A DNA stretch of 64,000 nt. It comes from Chiloscyllium plagiosum (taxonomy: Eukaryota). Position numbers and translations under genes: made by a program. The notes under the pieces were generated by a model that had not been told where the DNA came from, did no database searches, and saw only the letters and a program-made list of their open reading frames with translations. Positions 53,021 to 64,000 of the stretch are shown here, in pieces (the first letter of the stretch is position 1; each line of letters opens with the position of its first letter). The DNA is taken from the NCBI RefSeq assembly GCF_004010195.1, contig NC_057719.1, positions 76,255,939 to 76,319,938 of the forward strand. Reading direction: 5' to 3'.

Positions 53021-53422
53021 ATGTGTCATAGCTGAAAATAAATAAGCAAAAAATAAAGTCTTAAACATGTTATGTTAAAATTTCAAACAATTAAAACACG
53101 AAGGAATGAGACACCACACTTGTGTATTTAATTTTTAGTGCCGGGGTTGGTAGCACAAATTGACAATCATCACACCATTAAAGAGAGTAGTGTGTGCACA
53201 ATGGAAAGACCCAACTTGACTGTCACTTTGATTTGCATCTACAGTGCAATCACAGCAACTTCACAACATTCAAATATCAATGAAGCAGATAGCAAGATGT
53301 CTTTCGTTACAATAACAGCACAGCAGCATAATTCAAACACAGCAACTTTTAGACTGTGGCATTTAATTGCACTGCAGCCTGCTAACTAAGGCTACTGCAA
53401 CCATTTACACATTAATTGCCAG

Positions 53423-53642
53423 TGAAATAATTCCACAGAAGTCAGTATCCCATCACTTAGTCACCCTTTATTGATTTGTGCATAGTACTTGACGCTTGTC
53501 TGGCTCCTCCCAGAGTGACCAGAACCTCTGGCACTGCAGTTTATATATTTCAGCCAGGACTCCCTGATTAACCTAGATTAACAGCCCTAGTCAGGGAACT
53601 CCTTCTATGAACCACCTGGCTGACCTCATTACAATCACTACA
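53423..53642 (-). mobile_element. 220-bp solo LTR with 5-bp TSD GCCAG
   Basis: TG...CA termini, GCCAG at 53418-53422 and 53643-53647, and TATATAAA then AATAAA on the minus strand. Confidence 0.85.
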
Positions 53643-56600
53643 GCCAGCACTGCTAACCTTATCACTAATTTAATAGGAAAATCGGAGCTAAAATGCACGG
53701 TAATTAGTACTCAATTTCCTATTTCAATTCATTTTAAAAATGTATGGACATGCAAATTGATTGCAAACTAAATATTGCACAAACATTAGGTTACGTAAGT
53801 GAACGTGCATATCAAAGAATATAGTGTTGAGCAGATTTCTTAATGGAAACCACAACTGCTGAACAAATGCAATTTCTCTAAATAATAGCAGCAGATAAGG
53901 CAAACTGCATTCTTTACAGATAGACATGGTTTTACGTATTTGGTGTGCCCTTATTTTCACAATGCTCATTGTGCACATTGTAAAATATTTCCAACAATCT
54001 TGAAGAGCCAACTGAAATCAATTCAACTGCAACAATACAAAGAATAACCTCCTGTGGTCCAACAGTCTGTTCTCTAAACACAGACTCTTCACAATCTAAA
54101 TTGCTATTTTAATTCAAACAATTCACACACTCATTTACAGAAGTGTACTTTCAGCTCTGTAGTTTTGAATTAAATATTTCAACATCTCCCATGAACAATT
54201 TAACATCTGAATAGAATGAGATGCCACAGTTTAAATTGCTCACTGCTGGGTTAGAGAGTTTGATCAGCACTGTGTAACAATTACCCGGTTATTGGAAAAG
54301 TACTTGCATTTGATTACAAAGGCTTAACTTTCTATGCCAAGTATAATATCCAATTAGTGTGTGAATCAAACAAGTTCTTAATACTGGCTGGAGAGGTGGC
54401 TCTTGGACAAGAAAAACAGCAGAATGGCTTCAATCAACCAGTAATTTCTAGAGATTTATAACACAGAGTAGGTTGTATATTAATAATAGCCTGTCATTAA
54501 CATACTGTAAATGCCCAGCAAGATTCAGCCTCAGTAATACAGTCTGCCTTAAGGAAAATAGTTAAATTTCTTTAGCAAAATATACTTCATGACATAACAA
54601 CTGTTACCCTGCAAAACAATATATCATCTAAATACATACTTCTCCAATTCCTCTTAAATGTTTCAATTGAATCTGCCTTCACCACACTTCGAAGCAGTGC
54701 ATCTTTAATCTGAACCATTCCATTTTTGTCAACAAGTTTTTCTTTTAATTTTGCTTCTTTTGCACATCATTTTGAAATTGTGCCCTCTCATTTTTGATCC
54801 TTTTATAAGCAGGACCAGTTTCGCCCCAACTAGTTAATCCAGGGTGATTTTGAAAACTTCTATAGATCTCCTCTTCGCTGCCTTCTCTGCAAAAAGAACA
54901 GTCCCAAACTCACTCATCTATCTTCATAACTGAAGTGTCTAACCCACAGAACTATTCTTATAAATCACTTCTGCACTCGCTCCAATACCTTGACATTCTT
55001 AAAGTAACATGTGCCCTTTCCTCCTCAGTTTACCATGCTCCCAAACTTGTTATCTTCAACAAACTTTCAAATTGTCCTGTACACACCAAGAGATAAACCA
55101 CAAACTTATGAGGATAAGAAAGGGCCCAATACTGACCTTGGGGAACTCCACTCAAACTTTTTCTTGAGTCTGAAAAATATCCATTGACCATTTCTATTTC
55201 TTACCATTAAGCCAATTTTCTATCCAGATTGCTATTGTCCTTTTTATTCTATGACCTATAACTATTCTCAGATGTCTGCTGCATGGCACTGTATTGAACA
55301 CTTGCTGGAAGTTCATGAAGACTATATCAACAGTATTATCCTCACTGACCTTTATGTTATTTATTCAAAATACTCCAGCAAGTTACTCAATTTCCTCAAT
55401 AACATCAATGCTGACTCTTCCTAGTCAACTCATGCTTTTTCCACATGACTGTTAATTCTATCCTGACCAACTGTTTAAGGAACCATCCCCATCGCTGACG
55501 CTAAGCTAACTAAGTCTGCGATTGTTGGGCTTATTTTTTCCCCATTTCCCACAGTATAAATCCTCTACATAAACTACACTGTGCAAGATGTAATTCCCAG
55601 CCCTGAATCTTCTGTAGCCATGTCTCAGTAATCCTTACATTGGCTTCCTTCTGATGCTGCAGCTCCTCTTTCACAATCACTGTGTAAATTGTGCTGGATA
55701 TTTTAACTCTTTTAAAAGGGTTCTCACTTTTCAACATTAATATGCAGTTCAACAACATGAATTGGGCAAAGATAATGCAGAACTCAATTCTGATGGGTTT
55801 TTGCATATTGCTTCTCAATCTTCTGTGTATTTTGCAATTTTAGTGTTTTCCTATTGGTTTGTGTCTTTTCGTATTTTCCATTTTTGCTGCTGTGAGAATT
55901 CTTCAGCTATGAATATTAAAAGAACAGGTGCAGTAATAAGAATGTGAAAGGAAATTCTAAGAGACACATGGGGGAAGAAAAATGGAACAGGTAGATCAAA
56001 GCTCTCTAGGCCTGTTGCCTGGTAAAGGACCCAAGAGGTGATCATGTGGGGGTGATGGATGAGATCACAAGGGATTTTAAAAGAGTTAACAATATAAAGG
56101 TGAATAGAAGTGGAAACTTAGCAAGCTGCTGCAATTTTATGTCTACAAGTCGAGCCAGCTCGAACTGGATGGAAAACCTGGTGTGCAAACACAAGGAAAA
56201 TCCTGACATCCCCCATCTTTCAAAACAAATGCATAGGCAATCTTGGAAAATGGGGGTGTCAAGGTATGATTAAAGTGTTCATTTTAATTTACCATTAGGA
56301 ATTCAACTGTGACCTATATCAAATGCTTCCAGAAGCAGTCTAGCTGTATACCAAATGAGACAATGAGTTATCAACATCTGTTTGGATTTCATTATGTAAA
56401 TTAAAGTACTTGCTCAATGTTACATATTTCTGACTGTAATAATTCAGCTATTACTCCATCAGGGTAAAAATGGGTGCAAGAGTTCAGCTCAATTATCACA
56501 ACTTGAATTATGTACTTGTTTTCTTTCAAAAAACCGCTTCTTAAATAAATACACAAATAGCAATTAACATACATATGACACATCCCTTCCAGAAACATAA

Positions 56601-58736
56601 ATATCTTCTATACATTAACACAAAGCTTGAATGCTGGCCGGTGTTCCCATAATGTATGTGTACTGTATCTGACTTTATTCATTTAAGGATACCAGTTTAT
56701 CACTGAACCAAACTATAAAGAAAGTAAGTATTTGCCAACTCAAAAGATGATAAATCATTTCTAATATTTCTGACAATAATTTACTATTTGGGAAATACCA
56801 ACATTGATTAAAAATAGAACAGATGAACAATATTATGGACTATCACCCAAGCATCAACTGTGAAAATGACAAATTGAAAACAGTTCTCCAAAGGTATGCA
56901 AATTAACCAAAGTTTTGATGCAACCCAGTTGAGCATTCATATTTCCCACTATTCAAAATGAATTTCAAGTGTTTTTATTCCTCACTGTCAAAATCATTTG
57001 GTTTTCTGTGATTCAGTTGATGTAAATTGCTTGAAACCTAATAACTTATCTAAGAGGTTAACGACACAAATTAAACAGTGCAATGTTAAAATTATCCAAG
57101 TATGCACATGAACTAGAACAAAAAAAAAAAAATGAATAGATCCGTCATCAAGATATACCTCATAGATTTAGACCAAACGATTTTGTACAATACAGTGCAA
57201 AATCCATACAATTTCATGGAATGCAATTGCCCTTGAACTAAATGGCCAACCACACTTTTAAGAATTCAGACAAGAAGAATCAAACATGTTGCTGAGAGTC
57301 TGAAGTCAGACATAGGTGTGACAAGTTTGGATGCTGGATTTCCTTCTCAAAAGGTCATTGAATCATGAGAGTTTTTATGGCAATTGACTAGCTATGAATT
57401 CCAGATCTTTCATTACTCAAATGAATTTCATTAATTAATTGAATTCAAATTCTACCACTTTCCACAGTGGGATTCAAACCAGTGAACCACTGGATTACAA
57501 AACATTACCACTATGTTACCATCTCAATGCAATAGTGCACAGCATTCTAAAAAATAGGGGCCCACATAAAGTACTATAAAGAATAGAGTTATGATTATGT
57601 ATGAGGAAGGTATCTGAAATTCTGCAGATAATAATGCTTTAAAATGCTAGAATTTGCATCAGTATTCCACACACTACTGAGGTTGAGTGCTTTCATTTCC
57701 CACATGTTACCTTTCCAATGTGGAGGACTATTTGTACAGTATTGTGTGCATTTTATGTTATGCACCTGATTTAGAATGCAGAATGAATTCCACATGACTA
57801 AAATTATGAATACAGAAACGCAATGAAGGTCAATCTATTCTTTTGTTTTGTATCTTTTCTCATGCTTCTTTTGCCCCTTTTCCCACCCTGTTCTGCTTTA
57901 TTCCATTAACATTGTGCATCAGTAATATTCAGACCTTATCAGTGTTCTCTCCTGATTGACACTTCAAACATTTTGATTTTTGTTTTCACATTTCCAGCTT
58001 CTGCAACATTCTTCTTTGTTGTTAAACATAGAGCTTACATCTATATATCATGTCAAGGAATCCCAAATGCTTCACAGGTAATGAAGTCTATGCGAGTTTT
58101 GGAACTGAGATTCCACAAATGGTACTTGTTCAAGAGAAGACCTTAGAATTATGCTGTTTGCTCTGGTAGCTACATTACTGCATTGCAATGTATGAAGCAA
58201 ATAGTTCTCTATAATTTTCAAGAGTTATTTGCAGTCATGAGATCACGTTTGCACAGGTGGGGACCACAACATACCTTTTTCTCCTGAAAACCCCCTTTTC
58301 AGACACATTAATTAAACTGTGCATAGTTATCACTCAACAGCATGAAATATTTTGGAAGTAATTAAGTTGCACATGGTTGCACTGGTTCACAGATGCTTTT
58401 GCATTTTGTGATAAGTTAAGTTTAAGCAGAAACGTGCAGAACTGAAAGTAGAAACTCTTGACTGTAGTGCATTCTCATTTAGGAGAGGTGGTGGACTGAA
58501 CTATAAATGCAGAGACCGAGACAATGTTCTAGGGACTTGGGTTCAAATCCTGCCATGACAGGTGGTGAATTTAAATTCAATAAAAATTTGGGATGAAGAG
58601 TCTAGTGATGACCATGAATCCATTGTCGATTGTCAGAAAAATCCATCTGATTCATTAATATACTTCAGGGAAGGAAACTGTCATTATCTGGTCTGGCCTG
58701 CAGGTGACTCCAGACCTATAGCTACTGTCCTCTGAA

Positions 58737-59128
58737 TCATGGATTCACTGTAGGGATTCTCTTCGGCCTAGCAAGTCCACACCAACCCTCCAAAACGTAC
58801 CCCCCCAGAGTCATTCCTGTTTTACCCCACATTTACCCCTGACTAATGCACCTAGCCTACACATCCCTGAACACGATGGGCAATTTAGCATGGCCAATTC
58901 ACCTAACCTGCACATCTTTGGATTGTGGGGTGAAACTGGAGCACCCAGAGGAAACCCATGCAGAGAATGTGCAAACTGTGGTCAGCACAGACGAGTCAGA
59001 CCGAAGGGTCTGTTTCTGTGCTGCACATCTCTATGACTCTATGCACACAGACAGTCACCTGGGGCTGGAATTGAACAAGCGTCCCTGGCGCTGTGAGGCA
59101 GCAAAGTTAACCACTGAGCCACCGTGTG
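58737..59128 (-). mobile_element. tRNA-derived SINE interrupted by a ~65-bp plus-strand CR1 3' tail (58978-59043)
   Basis: The SINE sequence GCAAACT|CACACAGACAG is split by GACCGAAGGGTCTGTTTCTGTGCTG..CTCTATGACTCTATG. Confidence 0.8.
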
Positions 59129-60035
59129 CCCATGGATGGGCTATACATGCTAGCCTAGCCAGCGATGCCATCATCCTGTGAATGAGTGAATAAAATAAAA
59201 TTCTCACCACCGCACCTAAATTTCTCCCTGTGCTTGGTCAGTTGATTAAATCAATTGTTTTCCAGCATTCATAGTGCTTTAATTCAACCAAACACTTTGC
59301 AAACAAACAACTTATATTCACACATCACCTGTCAGTTAGTAGAACATCCCAAGGCATATCAAAGAAATGTCAATACAAACAAAAATTGATAGTGAAACTC
59401 ATAAGGAGATATTAACACAGGTGGGAGGTGGGTTTCAAGGAGTATCATAAGAGATGCGCAGTGGAATTGAGGCTTAGGAAGGGAATTCCAGAGCTTCAGT
59501 CTTTCATAGCTAAAGGCACAGCCATAGAGAGTTAACTGCTTTAAGATCAGGAATGAATGAGAGACCAGAATTGGAGGAACACAGCTATCCCAGACAGTTG
59601 TAAGGTTCAGTAAAAAAGACAAGACTAGAGAGAGAGAGAGATCTTAAAGTATGGTTGAGAATTTGAAAATTAAGACATTGCGCAAGAGGGAATAACCTCA
59701 AGGAGGATGTGATTTGGTGAGGAAAGGAGTTAACGAACTGCTCAGACATGGCATGAGCTGCTGATGTCCAGGGAACAAGGTTCCAGATGGGTTTACATTA
59801 AGGCAGAAGTGGAGGATTGGGGCCCAGGGACAAGTGCATCAGCTTGATAAGCGACATGGGACAAGAGTCCCAAGTGACAACAGAATTCACCACTCCACTC
59901 TCCTCCCCTCCCCTCCCCCGCCCCTCACAAGTCTTTCCAATTCTTCCCCTCCCTCCCACACCACTCCCCATTTTCCACACCCCCGACATTCCCAATTTAT
60001 TCCCCACCCTCCCCCAAGTTCCAGCCCCTCTCCCA

Positions 60036-60160
60036 NNNNNNNNNNNNNNNNNNNNNNNNNNNNNNNNNNNNNNNNNNNNNNNNNNNNNNNNNNNNNNNNN
60101 NNNNNNNNNNNNNNNNNNNNNNNNNNNNNNNNNNNNNNNNNNNNNNNNNNNNNNNNNNNN
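60036..60160. other. Assembly gap (125 N) within a C-rich tract
   Basis: Run of N flanked by poly-C-rich sequence. Confidence 0.99.
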
Positions 60161-60342
60161 CGCGCACTTCGCCACGCTCCACCCCCTCCCTCACGCCCCA
60201 CCTTCTCTGACGCTCCACCCTTAACCTCACGCTCCACTCCCTTCGCCTCGCACCACCCCCTCCCCCACAGTCCTCCGCCGCCCCCACGCTCCAATCTCCA
60301 TCCCTCACTCTCTCCGATGTTCCTTACCCTAATTAAATGTAC

Positions 60343-60403
60343 CTGAAGGGCCTCGCTTGAGGCGGATTTCCTGTGTGACGGTGACGTAAGAGGCGGGGTT
60401 CAT
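60343..60403 (-). CDS. SYNJ2BP: SYNJ2BP-like exon 1 (MNPASYVTVTQEIRLKRGPS-G)
   Basis: Kozak-like GGCACCATG, 61 coding nt, GT donor at 60342. EIRLKRGPSG resembles the remembered human EINLTRGPSG. The four exons join to 411 nt (136 aa + stop). Confidence 0.9.
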
Positions 60404-60610
60404 GGTGCCGGAGGCCAGGCCAGGCCCGGCCCGTGTCCTGGTCCGTTGCTCCAGGCGCCGCGAGCCCTCACGGCCTCAGTGATTCCGGAGGCCTTCCCGC
60501 GCATGCGCGCCCTGGCCCGCTGGGTGGGGCCAGGCTCGTGCGGATTAACGCATGCGCACACTCGAAGCCCGGTGCAGGGCGTGGCCTCCCGGTGGGCGGG
60601 GTCAGTGTGG
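60404..60610 (-). promoter_or_regulatory. CpG-island promoter with two NRF1-type motifs and a GC box
   Basis: GCGCATGCGC 60499-60508, ACGCATGCGCA 60548-60558 and GGGCGGGG ~60594-60601, upstream of the ATG. Confidence 0.7.
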
Positions 60611-60962
60611 GATTATGTGACCAGATCTCAGGGCAGAATATCATCTGTTGATCCATATTAACCTGATTCACAAAATATTCCATCGTTAACAAAGGACTGC
60701 AACAATGAACATTACAAGTGCAGCCCTCTGACCCAACATATTTTCCTTGGCTTCCTCCTATTTTAGAAAAATAATCCATCTGCCAACTCATGAAAATCTA
60801 CTAGCCACCCAGAAGGAAACACCAGTCAGAGAGTCATAGTATCAAATAAGACGTGTTGGTCCAACTTGCTTTGTGTACCTCAAAACAGTGTTCCAGTACA
60901 ATTAATCTGTTCACTTTTTTCCTTGTGTTTCCATTCCAATGGGCCAAATGGCCTGCTTCCAC

Positions 60963-61115
60963 ACTGTAGGGATTCCAAGGGAGAAAATGAGGACTGGAGA
61001 TCAGAGTCGAGAATATGCCCAAAACGTCGATTCTCCTGCTCCTCGGATGCTGCCTGACCTGCTGTGCTTTTCCAGCAACACATTTTCAGCTCCACACTCT
61101 CAACTGTAAGGATTC
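60963..61115. mobile_element. Short inverted Penelope-end insertion within a SINE 3' end
   Basis: Imperfect TSD ACTGTAGGGATTC (60963-60975) / ACTGTAAGGATTC (61103-61115). The insert is a partly deleted tail, then AGAGTCGAGA, then an inverted PLE end. Confidence 0.7.
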
Positions 61116-61649
61116 TATGGTCCGGTTGTTTGAACCCATCGCTAGCTCCAACTCATTTGCCACTCTGCCACGACCCGGTCAGCCGACTTATTCCCCTCAA
61201 GTGCACAAAACTCGGAAATTAAGGATCCCGTTTACTGAATGTGGAACTCCCAGATCAGACCAGTACCATTATTTTCAGGTTTACTGGTTTTGTAACTTTC
61301 ATCTCAGAGCTCCACTTGGTGAACTTTCCTGAACAACATCTGACAGCAGACCTTCTTTGGGAACGGAAATGCAAGAAGTTATGAACAAATTCCTATTGAC
61401 AAGCCTCATCTGTCGACGTGCATGCTTTGACCATGGTGCCTGTTCAGTTGACCTCCATCCCTGGGCCAAATACAAAACTCAATTGTCACATTTACAGTTA
61501 CTCAAGCAGTGCTGTAAATTAGTTAGAAGTGTCTCTCCAAGGACTGAGTGACTGATTAACAACTTAAACTCAGCAATGAAGAGGCAATATGGATATTGTC
61601 ATGACTACCAGGCTTATCCACTAGGTGGTCAAAGGCACTGTAGTTTGAT

Positions 61650-62860
61650 ATGTAGCTTGTGACAAACAGTAGTGACCCCAAAACAAATCCTTGCAGTACA
61701 CTACTAGTAAGTGAACTCCAGGGTGAACATTTCCCATCAAGCACCACCCTCTGTCTTTGTACAGCTAGTCAATTTCTGATCCAAACCACTAAAGCACCCT
61801 AAATCCCATGCCTCTGTATTTTCTGTAATAGCCTACCATGGGGAACCTTATCAAACACCTTACTGAAATCCATATACACCACATCAACCGCTTTACCCTC
61901 ATCCACCTGTTTGGTCACCTTCTCAAAGAACTCAATAAGGTTTGTGAGGCATGACTTGCCCTTCACAAAACCATGTTGACTATCCCTAATCAAATTATTC
62001 CTTTATAGATGATTATAAATCATAGCTCTTATAATCCTCTCAACACCTTATCCACAACTGAAGTAATGCTCACTGGTCTATAATTACCAGGGTTGTCTCT
62101 ACTCTCCTTGTACAAGGGGACAACATTTGCTATCCTCCAGACATTTGGCACTATTCCTGTAGACAATGATGACATGAAGATCAAAGCCATGGGCTCTGCA
62201 ATCTCCTCCCTAGATTCTAAACTTCCACTCTGGCTCCATGAATTTCTGCCTTACATCCCCATCCCTTTGCCTACTATTGTCGTTGGTGCCTAGGTGGACC
62301 ATGACTTGGGGGCTGCTTCCCCTCCCCTTAAGAATCCCAAAAACAAGATCCGAGACATCACAGACTGTAGCACCTGGGAGGCAACACACCAACCACAGGT
62401 CTCTCTCGTTCCCACAGAATCTCCTAGCTGTCCCCTAACTATGATGCCCCCAATGACTAATGCTCTAATCCTCTCCCCCATTCCCTTTCCATTCCCTGAC
62501 TGTAACCCATTCACCTTTTTCCTGTACCTGAGGTGTGACTGCCTCCCTGTAACTCCTTTCAATTATCCCTCAGCCTCCAGAATGATCTGAAGTTCATCCA
62601 TCTCCAGCTCCAGTCTCATAATATGGTTTCTGAGGAGCTAGTTGGGTGCACTTCCTGCAGATGAAGTCAATGGGGACACTAGTGATGACCCTCACCTCCC
62701 ATATTCTACAGGAGGAACATTCAACTGCCCTACCATCTATTCCCATTGTTCTGAATTCCCAAACAGACTATATAAAAAAAACTAGTAACCTTACCAATTC
62801 GGTAAGAGGAGCTTTGGTTAGAGGAAGGATGGATGGGAGACACTACCTAAATAGTGTCAC
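61650..62860 (-). mobile_element. CR1 LINE remnant: ORF1 esterase part (~62215-62860) joined by deletion to an RT part (~61650-62210)
   Basis: RALVIGGIIVRG, VCCLPGA and VHLGTND (SGNH esterase), then SQHGFVKGKSCLTNLIEFFE..YMDFSKVFDKVPH. Confidence 0.88.
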
Positions 62861-62979
62861 AGTAAAGCAACCACCCAAATATATTACCTCGCTTACTGAG
62901 CCGTCATCTTACAGGTGGGATCAACAAAGACAAAGAATGATAAATGGTCTCTCAACAAGTGATCCAGAGATTCCCAGAT

Positions 62980-63900
62980 AGGATACTGCAAGCACAGCCA
63001 GCAATATAGATGTATTAAAGATGTCATCTGACTAAGACATAGTGTTGTGCCTACTTGATTTAGAACAACATGGTCAATATGGCGAAGGATGAACTTCTCC
63101 AGAAGAAACATGACAGGCACTCAGGAATGGAGATGAAAGCTCATTTACACAGTGTACTGGATAGATATCCTCAAAGACATTGAAGGAATGGTTTATACAT
63201 GCACGAATGCCAGAAACACACCAGTAGAAAAAGATGATTGATTTTGAAGTACCAACCGAACCATGGCATACTGGGAGAGCCAATTTATTTATAGACAATC
63301 TAGAAAACTAACTTACAGTTGTAGATTACTACTTCAAGTTCCTTTGTATTTGAAAGGTAAATGAATTGAATGCTGCACCAGCAGCCTCAGCATTGCAAGA
63401 CTTGCTCACTGAGCAAGGGATTCCTTAAAGAATAATACGTGACAATGGAAGCCCATTCACCTTCAGGTAATTTCAGGAATTCGGAAAACACTATGGATTC
63501 CACATCATCACCTCATCATTAGGTTACCCAAGGGGGCAAGGATTTACATAAAACATGTCCAGACAGTCTAGAGATATTCATAAAATGCAAAGAGGCAACG
63601 GAAGGCCCAGAGTTTGCCCCATTGTTACTCGAAACTGCACCTTTCAAGACTGACATGAAATTGCCTGCAGTGCTGTTGAAGGGGGGAAAGTACAACAACT
63701 TTGCCAAGTTGGATACACCACCCGTCCCCCCCCCACCTTCAAGTGACATGAAGGGTGTAAGACAAAAACTAATTAAAGAACAGGTATAGGAGCCGAACAC
63801 TGCCAAACATGTTAAAGCCCTGCCTGATCTCTTGAAAGGACAACTGTATGTGTACAGGATCTAATCTTCTAAACCAGAAACCCAGCAAAAGTTAACAACA
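62980..63900 (+). mobile_element. Degenerate Gypsy-type integrase remnant
   Basis: Hand translation gives PWHT, VVDYYFKF, QDLLTEQGIP*KIIRDNGSPF and YGFHIITSS, with stops and frameshifts. Confidence 0.75.
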
Positions 63901-64000
63901 AAGCTCAGTCGAGGGTTAGACTTCATTAAGAGCAAAAATAGTAAGAAAATTAAAATAAATAGATTCCACATTTGACCTGTGCCTGAGTTCAAAAAGCTAA

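Noticed and set aside
59798..60346. Pro- or Gly-rich ORFs
   Set aside because: They are low-complexity sequence spanning an N gap within intron 1.

Overview
Vertebrate nuclear DNA, AT-rich and dense in transposons. The tRNA-derived SINEs, CR1 LINEs and Penelope families look like those of a cartilaginous fish (shark); this is an inference. There are two host genes, both on the minus strand. One is a complete 4-exon SYNJ2BP/OMP25-like gene (60403->47144, 136 aa, PDZ domain plus C-terminal tail anchor). The other is the first coding exon of a DESI2/PPPDE1-like gene (3045->3007), whose first intron holds a 20-bp minisatellite. The rest is CR1 LINEs, SINEs, Gypsy remnants, a solo LTR and Penelope-like elements (PLEs). 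The most notable structures are: (1) a ~2.06-kb inverted duplication of host DNA (15293-17594 / 19487-21549) fused to the 5'-truncation point of a PLE, with a ~1.6-kb arm-to-arm identical core; (2) four ~130-240-bp inverted mini-PLE insertions from at least two families, all with a 13-15-bp TSD and, in three, a 33-34-nt unpaired tail; (3) minimal hammerhead-ribozyme cores (CUGANGA...GAAA...NUH) in these PLE ends, one of them intact and in sense orientation in an intron of the SYNJ2BP-like gene. All calls were made by eye and no searches were run.
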